Source: Bacteriovoracia bacterium (GTDB lineage Bacteria > Bdellovibrionota > UBA1018 > JBFWNL01). From it: DNA of 32,000 nt. The notes under the pieces were generated by a model, which saw only the letters and a program-made list of their open reading frames with translations, was not told the origin of the DNA and searched no databases. Each line of letters begins with the position of its first letter. The first letter of the stretch is position 1. The stretch lies in the NCBI GenBank assembly GCA_050251055.1, contig JBFWNL010000002.1, forward strand, positions 223,814 to 255,813. The letters run 5' to 3'. Positions 8,379 to 17,750 of this stretch are shown here, one piece after another. The translations under genes were made by a program, and so were the position numbers.

Positions 8379-10258
8379 AGAATCACACCCACGCTTTACG
8401 CGCGTTATGCCTGAGCCTGGCCTTAGCTGCAGCCGGTAGTAGCTGCGCATGGCTACGCGGAAAATCCACGACCGCCGTCGCGCCCACACCCGCGACGAAT
8501 GGTGTGATCGCGGGCACGCTGCTGATTCAGCTAAAATCGGATGATCAGCTTCCGGAACTCCGCCGGCGATACGCGGTCAGCGAAGTGGACCGCGAAACCC
8601 GCGTCTATCGGTTAAAGGATGCGAGCTTCGGTGGCCGCGAGCGAGAAGCCGCGAGCGAACTCCAACGGGGGAATCAGTTTGAAATCGTGGAGCCGGAATG
8701 GGAAGTCCGGTCGTCGGCCTCGCCGAGGGATCCTTTGTGGGGTTCGCTCTGGGGTTTACGCAATCTCGGCCAAGACGCTCCGAATGGAATCGAGGGTAAG
8801 CCGGGCGCGGATATTGGCGCGCTCGAGGCCTGGAAAATCACCCAAGGCAGCCGCGACATCTTGGTCGCGGTTGTGGATAGCGGCGTGGACTATACCCACC
8901 CCGATCTAAAGGACAATATTTGGGTTAACGAAAAGGAAGCAAACGGGACGCCCGGAGTCGATGACGATGGCAACGGATACGTGGATGACATTTACGGCTG
9001 GAACTTCGTCAGCGGCACCCAATCCTCGCTCGCCCACGGAAATTTGGGCTCGGCAGATCCGATGGACGACAATGGCCACGGTACGCACGTAGCCGGTACG
9101 ATCGGCGCCTCCGGCAACAACGGCGTGGGCGTCACCGGTGTAAACTGGAAGGTAAAAATCATAGCGCTAAAGTTTCTTTCCTCCGCCGGCTCGGGTGGAA
9201 CGGGTGACGAGTACCGCGCCATCCGTTACGCGATCAAGCAAGGCGTGGACGTCATCAACGCGAGCTACGGTGGTGGAGGGAAGTCAAAACTGATTGAAGC
9301 CACGATCCGTGAAGCGGGCCGCGCCGGCTTGCTCTTCGTGGCCGCGGCCGGTAACGATTCAGAGAATAACGACACGACCAATAGTTTCCCGGCCAACTAC
9401 CCGCTCGAGAACATACTCTCCGTAGCCGCGACCGACAATCTCGACCAGCTCGCCAGCTTCAGCAATTTCGGCTACGAAAAAGTCCACCTCGCCGCCCCGG
9501 GCGTCGCCGTGCTCAGCACCTATCCGCTCGCGCTTGACGCCAAAGAAGGCGCCGGCGGTTACCCGTATCGGGCGTTCTCGGGTACGTCCATGGCCACCCC
9601 CCACGTCGTCGGTGCCGCCGCCCTGACCTTGGCGGCGCGGCCCGAACTACGCAAGCAACCCGCCGCCCTCAAGAAAGCACTCCTGGAAAGCTCGGAGTGG
9701 CTGCCCCAGCTCGCCGGAAAAGTATCGAGCGGCGGCCGACTGAATCTCGCCCGGGCCGTTCGCGGCCAGAAGGGTTCCGCGCCGGCCATGGCTGGCGGCT
9801 GGGTGGAGGAAGCCATCGACTTCCGCACTCCCCGGTACCCCACGGAGGCGATCAACCAAGCGTGGGCGTTTAAGAAGGCGGGTGCCCAGGCCATACAGCT
9901 GCACGTGCAGTCGGCCGTAATCGACCGCCCGAACGACGCGGCCATCCTATTCGATTCGCTATACCGGCCCATCCTCGAGCTGCCGGCGGATAGTTTCGAT
10001 CAGTGGTTGCCCGCGGTCGTGGGCGATACCGCTTACCTCAAGTTCAGCAACGGTTTGGTCGCCATCCAGAAATACCTGGGCAGCAAGCGGGTCAAGGATA
10101 TGGCCGAGGTACCGGATGCCCTCGTCTGTCAACGCGTGTCGGGATCCGAGTTATTAGATTGCTACATCTGGGACAAGCCTGGGCCGACGTTTCCGAACTT
10201 CGACTCCGAAAGCATCGTAATCGACAAGATTCGTTACCTTCCCGGAAAGGCGGAATAG
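8375..10258 (+). CDS. Subtilisin-like (S8) serine protease, lipoprotein, complete catalytic triad
   Basis: 'VAVVDSGVDYTHPDL', 'NGHGTHVAGTIG', 'FVAAAGN', 'FSGTSMATPHVVGAA'. Lipobox-like GSSC. I9-like N-terminal region 'GTLLIQLKSDDQLPELRRRYAVSEVD...YRLKDA'. Confidence 0.93.
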   Translation: MKNHTHALRALCLSLALAAAGSSCAWLRGKSTTAVAPTPATNGVIAGTLLIQLKSDDQLPELRRRYAVSEVDRETRVYRLKDASFGGREREAASELQRGNQFEIVEPEWEVRSSASPRDPLWGSLWGLRNLGQDAPNGIEGKPGADIGALEAWKITQGSRDILVAVVDSGVDYTHPDLKDNIWVNEKEANGTPGVDDDGNGYVDDIYGWNFVSGTQSSLAHGNLGSADPMDDNGHGTHVAGTIGASGNNGVGVTGVNWKVKIIALKFLSSAGSGGTGDEYRAIRYAIKQGVDVINASYGGGGKSKLIEATIREAGRAGLLFVAAAGNDSENNDTTNSFPANYPLENILSVAATDNLDQLASFSNFGYEKVHLAAPGVAVLSTYPLALDAKEGAGGYPYRAFSGTSMATPHVVGAAALTLAARPELRKQPAALKKALLESSEWLPQLAGKVSSGGRLNLARAVRGQKGSAPAMAGGWVEEAIDFRTPRYPTEAINQAWAFKKAGAQAIQLHVQSAVIDRPNDAAILFDSLYRPILELPADSFDQWLPAVVGDTAYLKFSNGLVAIQKYLGSKRVKDMAEVPDALVCQRVSGSELLDCYIWDKPGPTFPNFDSESIVIDKIRYLPGKAE

Positions 10259-10260
10259 CC

Positions 10261-11418
10261 ATGTTGACCCACGTTCTCAACCGCAAACAAGTACGCGCCA
10301 TCGTCGGAGCCTTAGTACCGGTATTCATGTCCGGATGCTTCTCGGACTGCAAAATGCTCATCCAGCCGCCGAACAAATCCTTCTACCCGATGGTGGAGTC
10401 GGTACCGGCGCCGGTGGGCCAAGGAGATCCGCTCGCCAGCGAGCAGTGGAGCATCGCCAAGCTCGGCCTCACTCAAGCATGGACCCAAAGCCAAGGATCT
10501 CATCGGATCCGCGTGGCGCTGATCGGCACTGGAGTGGATTACAATCATCCCGATCTACGGGCAAACATTGCGATCAACTCGGAGGAAGCCGTCCTGCGGA
10601 AACCGGGCGTGATCACGCCGGCGGACGGGATCGACAACGATGGCAACGGATATATCGACGACGTGGTCGGCTACGATGTGGTCGATGACCATGGATTTCC
10701 CTACGACAGTCTCGGCACCGGCACCGCCGCCGCGGGCGTCATCGCGGCTGTTCATGGCAATGGTCTCGGCATCCGAGGCATCGCCCCCAAAGTCTCGCTG
10801 ATCCCCGTCCGCTACATCGGCCCCAATGGCCAAACGAAGGTTCCGAACCTCGTACGCGCCTTGAACTACGCGCACGCGGTACGTCCCGACGTGGTCTACC
10901 TGCACGTAGCCAATATCCAATGGAGCGAAGAAAAAGAGGCCGTCGTGAAGACTGAACAAGCCGCGCTTAAGGCCGCGCTCACCCAGCTTCGTACGATCAA
11001 CGTCCCGGTCGTGGTAAGCGCCGGCAACTCGGGCGTCGACCTTGGAAAATTCAGGACCTTGATCCGGGAGTTCGCCGAGTTCGACAACGTGGTCGTGGTC
11101 ACCTCGGTCGGCGAAACCGACGGGAAGCCCACCATCGCTAACTTCGGACAGAGCGTGCATTTGGCCGCACCGGGCGAACAAGTGATCACCACCCTACCCG
11201 GTGGTGCATACGGTAAACAAAGCGGCACCTCGATCGCGGCCGCCCACGTAGCGGGCACCCTTGCGCTAGCTTTGGCGGATCACCATGGCCAGTACACGAC
11301 CCAGCAGCTGCTCCAGAAGCTAACGAGCGAAGCCGGAGCCGATTCCGTGGCGGGGCTCGAAGGCCTCACCCTAGGCGGGGCTCGACTGAACGTAGCGAAG
11401 TTTCTCGGGGCGCTCTAG
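10261..11418 (+). CDS. Subtilase-fold (S8-like) lipoprotein, predicted catalytically dead
   Basis: 'VALIGTGVDYNHPDL' (Asp to Gly), 'LGTGTAAAGVIAA' in place of 'GHGTHVAGTIAA' (His to Thr), retained 'SGTSIAAAHVAG' Ser and 'VVSAGNSG' Asn. ATG at 10261 with lipobox-like FMSGC. The ORF-track start at 10003 lies inside the previous gene. Confidence 0.88.
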   Translation: MLTHVLNRKQVRAIVGALVPVFMSGCFSDCKMLIQPPNKSFYPMVESVPAPVGQGDPLASEQWSIAKLGLTQAWTQSQGSHRIRVALIGTGVDYNHPDLRANIAINSEEAVLRKPGVITPADGIDNDGNGYIDDVVGYDVVDDHGFPYDSLGTGTAAAGVIAAVHGNGLGIRGIAPKVSLIPVRYIGPNGQTKVPNLVRALNYAHAVRPDVVYLHVANIQWSEEKEAVVKTEQAALKAALTQLRTINVPVVVSAGNSGVDLGKFRTLIREFAEFDNVVVVTSVGETDGKPTIANFGQSVHLAAPGEQVITTLPGGAYGKQSGTSIAAAHVAGTLALALADHHGQYTTQQLLQKLTSEAGADSVAGLEGLTLGGARLNVAKFLGAL

Positions 11419-11449
11419 GCGGAAGCGGATCGGGCGAGCACTCGCTCGA

Positions 11450-12136
11450 CTATTCCAGCACCCACGTAAGACGCACGAGGGTGATCTGTGGAGTCACTAG
11501 CCGCGCTAGCCGACCCATCGATTCGGCCGAATCCGTGTATAGGTCCGCCGAGTTGTCGGAGTTAGCGCCCGTAGCGCTATCTTCCAGGTAAAGGCTCCCG
11601 GAAGCCACGAGCGGGATCTGCGCGCCCAAATCGAATCCCAGATAGAGCCTCTCTCCGACCTTAAAGCTCCCACCAACGGCGAGCGTGAACACCAAGCTCT
11701 TGAGATTGATCGAACCGCTCGTCGCCAAGGGCTGATCGTCGATCTTAAAGGAAGAAACGTCGGCCGAAAGCGCAAAAAAACGATAACCTAGCGACGCACT
11801 CGTAAAAAACCAGTCTTGCCAAGGAAAGTAACGAACGCCGGCATGGAGGGAAAATGCCCGTACGGATTTCGATCCCAATGGGATGTATGCAAATCCGGTC
11901 TCGGCGTAAGGGCGCCAAGGCTGCAAAGGACGCCAAAGCTCGATGCCGACGATCAAGGGCTGGGGTAAGTTTACTCCCGCCACCGGCGAATACCGCCAAT
12001 GTTCGGCGTGGCCCACCGGCGCGGCCTCGGCGATCGCGGCGGGAGGCGACTCTTCCCCGCCCGCGGCCCCAGGCATCACCATGGCACCTACGATAAGGGC
12101 TAAGATTGCGACACGGCTAAGGGGCGAGGTACACAT
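11450..12136 (-). CDS. Outer-membrane beta-barrel-like protein
   Basis: Hydrophobic N-terminus MCTSPLSRVAILALIVGAMVMPGAAG, alternating amphipathic strands, lipid-facing aromatic residues. ATG at 12136 chosen over the longer ORF. Confidence 0.65.
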   Translation of the reverse strand: MCTSPLSRVAILALIVGAMVMPGAAGGEESPPAAIAEAAPVGHAEHWRYSPVAGVNLPQPLIVGIELWRPLQPWRPYAETGFAYIPLGSKSVRAFSLHAGVRYFPWQDWFFTSASLGYRFFALSADVSSFKIDDQPLATSGSINLKSLVFTLAVGGSFKVGERLYLGFDLGAQIPLVASGSLYLEDSATGANSDNSADLYTDSAESMGRLARLVTPQITLVRLTWVLE

Positions 12137-13538
12137 GGTTGGATACAATCCAGCGGAATTCGCGCTCGGCCTGATCCGGCGCCTCGATGAACTTGGCGAG
12201 CTGCCTCGGACGGATGAAGATCTCCACCCGATAGGCGCCCGCCGTGGAAGTCGTATAGGAAATATTTCCGCCGACGCCGAAACCACTCGAGCGCGCGACC
12301 ACCTCGTCGGCACCGTTGGCGAGCACCCGCTTTAGCTCGGTACGCACCTCCGGATCCACGCCCATACCCGCTCCGGGGCTACTGGTATGCAGGGTCGGCG
12401 TCGTCACCGTGAAAGTCGCGGAGTTCGCGCCCAAGGTACCCGTCTCGCCCATGCCGTAAGTCGTCCCGCCCGTCACCGCGTAAAAATCGAGTCCCACGGG
12501 GGATCCAAAGCCTTCAAATACCAACCAGCTACGACCCGTGCGCAGTGCCTGCTTTACCTCCGGTACGGTCGCGGCCCCCACCACGACGTGGTTGGACATG
12601 AAGCGAGTCAAGCGGCGATGCGACTCCAGCCGCTCGCCATCGGCCGCTTTCTGGGGAAAAATATTCTCGTGCGAATCGCTCCCGCCCACGCCCGTCAGCT
12701 TCAAGCCGCCGTGAATGAGCTCGTTCCATCGCGTGAAATAAATCGCGGGCGTTTCCACGAACTTCATGAACAAGAAATCCGCGTTGAGCGATTTATAGGG
12801 ATCAAAGAGATATCCCAGGATCTTGGACATGTGCTCGAAAGGAGGCAGGCCAAGATCTTTCTTACGGATCTTGGGGTCCAGGTTCGCGTGCACGTTATAA
12901 ATCTCGATCCCGTGTGGATTCACCGTTTGAATCGTCGAGACGGTGCGGCTCTCCGTATGCGGGACCATCACCACCGCTTCGGAGGTATTCACTAGGTCGT
13001 CACGCAGCGCCTGCGTCTCAGCATTGTAGGCTTCCTCGCGCTGAGCGGCCGTGCCGGAAAGGTGCTTCACCATGCCCATGGCCAGCAACCGCCCTTCGAT
13101 TCCCACGGTCAGGTACGGACGAAAGCCATTGGCGCATCCGGCGAGGCGATTCGCATAGGTGTTCGCCGCCCCGTCGACCAACAACTCATCGCCCGATGCC
13201 TGGAGCAACAGGCTGGCAAACTCGTAGGCGGCCATATGCGCCGGATGATCCGTGGCCAGGGCCACATCGATCCGGTTCTTACAAAGGGCTTCTCGTAGGT
13301 GAGTCAGGCATTCGACGCTCGGTACCCCATCGGTGAGCCCGACCTTGTCGCACGCGTCGTTGGAGTAAGGCGTGTGTAAATGGGTGATCACGCGGGCGAT
13401 GCGCTGGCCACGCGGCGAACCCAGCTCGGCGGCGTCTGGCAGTTCACTCGGATAGGTCGGACGCGTGCAACCCAAGGCAAAGCTGGCCAGCCCCAAAGCC
13501 GCCAAGAGCGAGGTTTTACGGATTGCCGAAACCGTCAT
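12117..13538 (-). CDS. PHP-domain metal-dependent hydrolase, lipoprotein
   Basis: PHP motifs 'VITHLHTPYS', 'VALATDHPAH', 'MVPHTES', 'NVHANL', 'GGSDSHE'. Lipobox-like ASFALGC from MTVSAIRKTSLLAAL. Confidence 0.82.
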   Translation of the reverse strand: MTVSAIRKTSLLAALGLASFALGCTRPTYPSELPDAAELGSPRGQRIARVITHLHTPYSNDACDKVGLTDGVPSVECLTHLREALCKNRIDVALATDHPAHMAAYEFASLLLQASGDELLVDGAANTYANRLAGCANGFRPYLTVGIEGRLLAMGMVKHLSGTAAQREEAYNAETQALRDDLVNTSEAVVMVPHTESRTVSTIQTVNPHGIEIYNVHANLDPKIRKKDLGLPPFEHMSKILGYLFDPYKSLNADFLFMKFVETPAIYFTRWNELIHGGLKLTGVGGSDSHENIFPQKAADGERLESHRRLTRFMSNHVVVGAATVPEVKQALRTGRSWLVFEGFGSPVGLDFYAVTGGTTYGMGETGTLGANSATFTVTTPTLHTSSPGAGMGVDPEVRTELKRVLANGADEVVARSSGFGVGGNISYTTSTAGAYRVEIFIRPRQLAKFIEAPDQAEREFRWIVSNHVYLAP

Positions 13539-14614
13539 TTCTGCACATTGCGCCAAAGCACGGCCGCCATCAAGCCCGTAATGACATTGGGAATTTGTAG
13601 GGCTAACCATACGGGGAGGCTGCCTTTTTGGGCCATCCCGATCGATACGACAAGCGTCTCCCAGTAGATCAGACAAACCACGAGGCTAAAGATCGTGCCG
13701 ACCTGCTTAGAGGACCGCACTCGCACCGTGCCGAGGCCAATCCCCAGAAAACAAAAGATCAGGGGGGAGAAGGAAGTGGAAACACGTTTCCAAAACTCCG
13801 TCACATAGTCACGCCGATCCATGCGCTCCAATAAGGTCTTAAGGGAGGCCGTGCGTGGAATGTCAGGGGTGGCAATCTCGCTAGAACTCAGCTCCATAAA
13901 TACGGAGTACTCGCTGAAGTCCATCCGCGAGGAGTTCTCGCTCCCCTCCCCAATCTGGTAGATGTTGCCCCGATACAGCTTCAACAGCGCCTGGTGGTTG
14001 AGCCCGTTATCCGAGATCGTCGACTGCATGTTGCCTCTTGGCGCCACCACTACAAACGGGTTTTTAGGGTCTCGGTCATCGAAGATGAAGACGCGATCCA
14101 GCGCCCGCGTGGTGGGATGCACCTTCTCGGTGAAGATCAGCATTCCGAAGAAATCCTTATTGAATGTGCCAGGCTGGATGGAACCGGCGATCTTACGGGC
14201 TTCGGCTTCGAAAATCGATTTCGTGAGCACCCGCTCTCCCAAAGGCGCGAGCTCCATGCCGATAATGAAAGCCGCCATCGAGAATGCCGAACCGATGAAA
14301 ATCACGGGGCTGGCCACTTGCCAGGGGCTTAGGCCGCACGCCCGCATGGCGCCGATCTCCTGCTCCGTGGAAAGCCGGCCGAACGCCACGATCACCGAAA
14401 GCAGGAACGCGACCGGTAGCACGAGACTGGAAAAGGAGATCAACAGACAGAACGCGATCTTCGCCACGATTTTAAGTGGCACTTGGTGCACGATGAGAAA
14501 ATTAGAGAGTCTCAGGCTTTGAAAAACGAAGAAGGTAAAAAAAATGATCAACGCCGACGGAACGAAGAACTGGATCACTTCGGACAGGATGTAGGTTTGG
14601 TAGCGCTTGATCAA
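13535..14614 (-). CDS. lptF: LptF/LptG (YjgP/YjgQ) family LPS-export permease
   Basis: 'LPVAFLLSVIVAFGRLSTEQEIGAMRACGLSP' with N- and C-terminal transmembrane helices flanking a periplasmic domain. F versus G is not certain. Confidence 0.8.
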   Translation of the reverse strand: MIKRYQTYILSEVIQFFVPSALIIFFTFFVFQSLRLSNFLIVHQVPLKIVAKIAFCLLISFSSLVLPVAFLLSVIVAFGRLSTEQEIGAMRACGLSPWQVASPVIFIGSAFSMAAFIIGMELAPLGERVLTKSIFEAEARKIAGSIQPGTFNKDFFGMLIFTEKVHPTTRALDRVFIFDDRDPKNPFVVVAPRGNMQSTISDNGLNHQALLKLYRGNIYQIGEGSENSSRMDFSEYSVFMELSSSEIATPDIPRTASLKTLLERMDRRDYVTEFWKRVSTSFSPLIFCFLGIGLGTVRVRSSKQVGTIFSLVVCLIYWETLVVSIGMAQKGSLPVWLALQIPNVITGLMAAVLWRNVQK

Positions 14615-14864
14615 TCAGCGAAAGTTTAACGTCCCGATGCTTTCAGTAGCAAACTGATTCCGATCCAGAGCGAAACGGCCCCGACCGAATTCTTCCGGGC
14701 CGAGCCCGCCCCAGCGCAGGCGCGCCGCATCATTCACTTGATCCGCCGAATTTCACGATGCTTTTACCGGTTTGCCGTGCTTGGCACCTGGATTGCTCCA
14801 CTCCCCTGCCAACGCGGTCTCGGAGAGTTCCTCCGGACCACCACTTGAGAGGGGATCTATCCAA

Positions 14865-15509
14865 ATGAAAACGAATCGAACGAACTGGCTTCGGAATGTC
14901 CACGTGTATCTATTTGGCCTAATCACCGGCGTCGCCGCCCTATCCGGGCAAAGCGGAATCGCGGCGGCCGACGACATCTACCTGGGGCTACCCGGCTATG
15001 GAGGTTCGGGATGTCCCCAAGGGTCGGCCTCGGCCACGCTCAGCCCCGATGCAAAAACGCTTAGTATCTTGTTTGACCAATATGTTGTCGAAGCGGGCCG
15101 GGGTACCGGGCGATCTTCGGCCCGTAAAACTTGCAACATCGCGATCCCTGTACACGTACCTCAAGGATTGAGCGTGAGCCTCATCGGGATCGACTACCGC
15201 GGGTTTAACGTGCTCCCGCGCGGATCATCGGCGCAGTTCGACGTCGATTACTTCTTCGCCGGTAGCGTCGGTCCCCGCGATCGCCGCCAGTTCGTCGGTC
15301 CCGTGGAAGACGATTATCTGATCACGAATAACCTCGCCGTCGGAGCGATCGCTTGGTCGCCTTGCGGCGCAGACGTCAATCTGCGCATCAACACGGGTCT
15401 ATTGGTACGGGCGGCCGGCACGAACGGCGCCCTGGCTTCCAGCTCCGTGGATAGCGCAGACGTCCAGGCGGGCCTGATCTACCACCTGCAATGGAGACAG
15501 TGCCGATAA
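14865..15509 (+). CDS. DUF4360-like exported protein
   Basis: Signal peptide MKTNRTNWLRNVHVYLFGLITGVAALSG..AAADD. 'GYGGSGCPQGSASATLSPDAKTLSILFDQYVVEAG...RKTCNIAIPVHVPQGLSVSLIGIDYRGF'. Confidence 0.75.
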   Translation: MKTNRTNWLRNVHVYLFGLITGVAALSGQSGIAAADDIYLGLPGYGGSGCPQGSASATLSPDAKTLSILFDQYVVEAGRGTGRSSARKTCNIAIPVHVPQGLSVSLIGIDYRGFNVLPRGSSAQFDVDYFFAGSVGPRDRRQFVGPVEDDYLITNNLAVGAIAWSPCGADVNLRINTGLLVRAAGTNGALASSSVDSADVQAGLIYHLQWRQCR

Positions 15510-15538
15510 CTCACTTTAGACCATGATGAACGAGGTAC

Positions 15539-15567
15539 CGGCCGGCTCGGAGTTTCCGAGTCGGCCG
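15539..15567. repeat. 13-bp-stem inverted repeat (one G.U/C.A mismatch) between convergent genes
   Basis: CGGCCGGCTCGGA-gtt-TCCGAGTCGGCCG, lying between genes ending at 15509(+) and 15595(-). Confidence 0.7.
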
Positions 15568-15594
15568 TGCCCATTTCCATGATTAGAGCGGCGA

Positions 15595-17652
15595 CTAGAG
15601 ATCGACCTGAAATCCGTTGATCCAGGTTTGCGTGAAAGGTTGACCTGACGAGGCGTTCGATTCCACGGCGCCGATGTCACAAGCACCACCTCCCGGACGA
15701 GAATTACCCCGCTGATCGACCGTAAGCGTGAGGTTTTGACTGATATTCGCCGGATCCATATAAACGCAAGCGGCGCCACCGTTATCGATGGCCATAGACC
15801 CGCTGGCGGGTAAAAAAGTTGCGGTCCAGCCGCCATTGTCGTCCAGCGCGCTTAACGAAGAGGGAGTTGACGTGCGATCGGTTCCCGCACTCAGGCTACA
15901 GTCCGTGGCCGCCGTATCCGATAGATTGTACCCGTTGGAAACGATCAGGCCGGAGCTGGCAACGGCACAGTTCGCCGCGCTGCCCGCGATAATCGTCCCA
16001 CGGACGTAGATACGACCAGTGGCTCCAGTGGCGTAGAGTGTACGCGAACCTGTGGTCAACCCTGCCGCGTTGTTGTTGCCATAAATTGTTGAGTAATCCA
16101 CGTACACCGGCGCACTTGCGGTATAAATGGCTCCGCCATTGTTCTTCGCCGAGTTGGTCGTAAACGTGGAATTACGGACGAAAACGTTGTCGGCGGTAGA
16201 AAAAGCATAGATCGCACCACCTGACCCACCGTTCCCCGTCGCCAAGTTCCCGCTAAAAAGGGAACTATCGATTTCAACTTTCCCTTCGAGCACCACGATC
16301 GCGCCACCGCCTTCACCACCGCCAAGAGTGTTGGCCACCGCGGCGTTGTCCTTAAAAAGAGTTTGGGAGATCTTCACTGTAACCGCCCCGCCGCTAGGAG
16401 CCGTGCCGATCAGCAACGCCCCCGCAGAACCTTGGGCCCGATTGGATTCAAAGACTCCACCGCGAATATTCAGGGTACCGCTGTTAAAGTAAAGGGCGCC
16501 GCCGCGGTAGCCCACGGTCGTACCGCAAGTCAACGTTGCTTCCGTAAACGTACCGCACGCAAAGTTCTGAACGAAATGTACACCATTCAAATCGAGAATC
16601 GAAGTGATTGCGCCGTCCGCCATGATCGCGCCTCCAAAACTCGTAGATTCGTTGTTAGCGGTACCCGATGCGCGCCCTTTGGTCAGCGTCAGGTTCTGAA
16701 GTAATACGGAAATACCCCCGTCAATCTTGAAAACACGAGAATCAAAATCCGCGTCCACCACGCTCGTTGGGCGCTCCCCGGACAACTCCAGAACGCCACC
16801 CATCCCCAGGATGTTCACACTCTTCGAAAGCTGCAGTACGGTGCCTCCGAGTACGATATGGAGATTTTCCGGAATCACGATCATCGTCGGTCCGCCGGCG
16901 ACCGTGTCGTGGGCATTCGCCATCCGCACAGCGGCTCGTAGACTGCAGCCGGCATTTCCCGCAGTCTGGCAGGCCGTGTCCGAGGCACCCGCTAAGTCGT
17001 CCGCTATATCCACCCGCGCCCCGAAATAGACGGCCAGCTTCAACGCCCAGGACTCGTCCCCACTCGAGTTCGATGCTGTGATGGTGTAGGTCTTGCCCGC
17101 CGTGTACTGAGTAGCCGTTCCGGAGACAACACCCGATACGGGATCCAGGCTCAAACCAGACGGTAGCGCCGGATCGACCGAGAAGCTGAGGCCAATGCCC
17201 GTCACTTCGGGCTCCAAGTTGACGCTCTCGCCGATCAGCACAAACATCTCCTCTTCCGGATAGGAAAACCCGGATGGACGCGGCAACACCACCGCCAACG
17301 AGATCGTTTGACGGACCACGGCCCCAAACTCGCTAATCATGGAAATCAGGTAGTTCTGGGCGGCGGCGGCCGAGTGAGGCGTACCGGTAATCATTCCCGT
17401 CGCCGGATCAAAGTGCAGACCCGCGGGAAGCGCCGGAGAAATTTCGATGGAATAGGCTTTGGCCGAAAGGACGGGCAAAACGGAAACCGAGTTCCCGACT
17501 TCGAATACGAAAGTGGAAGCCGGATAAGCGAGCGCCGACGCGGACGCCCGAGTATCTACGTCGTTCACAAGGTTGAGGCTGCACGCCTGCATCATCGCAA
17601 GCGCGATCACGAGAACAATCGGAGGACATGGTCTATCAATCCCAAAGGCCAT
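15595..17652 (-). CDS. Lipoprotein with tandem putative-Ig (He_PIG-like) domains and a choice-of-anchor-Q/right-handed beta-helix region
   Basis: Lipobox-like MMQAC. 'SPALPAGLHFDPATGMITGTP' and 'DPALPSGLSLDPVSGVVSGT' repeats. 'CSLRAAVRMANAHDT' anchor. Helix rungs 'NNNGGAIYT...YVDYSTIYGNNN'. C-terminal 'VDQRGNSRPGGGACDIGAVE'. Confidence 0.85.
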   Translation of the reverse strand: MAFGIDRPCPPIVLVIALAMMQACSLNLVNDVDTRASASALAYPASTFVFEVGNSVSVLPVLSAKAYSIEISPALPAGLHFDPATGMITGTPHSAAAAQNYLISMISEFGAVVRQTISLAVVLPRPSGFSYPEEEMFVLIGESVNLEPEVTGIGLSFSVDPALPSGLSLDPVSGVVSGTATQYTAGKTYTITASNSSGDESWALKLAVYFGARVDIADDLAGASDTACQTAGNAGCSLRAAVRMANAHDTVAGGPTMIVIPENLHIVLGGTVLQLSKSVNILGMGGVLELSGERPTSVVDADFDSRVFKIDGGISVLLQNLTLTKGRASGTANNESTSFGGAIMADGAITSILDLNGVHFVQNFACGTFTEATLTCGTTVGYRGGALYFNSGTLNIRGGVFESNRAQGSAGALLIGTAPSGGAVTVKISQTLFKDNAAVANTLGGGEGGGAIVVLEGKVEIDSSLFSGNLATGNGGSGGAIYAFSTADNVFVRNSTFTTNSAKNNGGAIYTASAPVYVDYSTIYGNNNAAGLTTGSRTLYATGATGRIYVRGTIIAGSAANCAVASSGLIVSNGYNLSDTAATDCSLSAGTDRTSTPSSLSALDDNGGWTATFLPASGSMAIDNGGAACVYMDPANISQNLTLTVDQRGNSRPGGGACDIGAVESNASSGQPFTQTWINGFQVDL

Positions 17653-17720
17653 TGGTTACCCCGCTGACGTCCTACCCAAAAACGAAAACCCCTCAAGCCC
17701 TATGATCTCATTTTTGACTA

Positions 17721-17750
17721 TTTACATCAAGTACAAGAGGGGGTTATAAA
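17721..17750 (+). promoter_or_regulatory. Candidate sigma70 promoter TTTACA-N18-TATAAA
   Basis: Hexamers and spacing seen in the AT-rich block upstream of the response regulator. Confidence 0.3.

Noticed and set aside
10003-10260. N-terminal extension of the pseudo-subtilase ORF
   Set aside because: Arg/Gly-rich and inside the upstream gene. The ATG at 10261 gives a proper lipoprotein signal.
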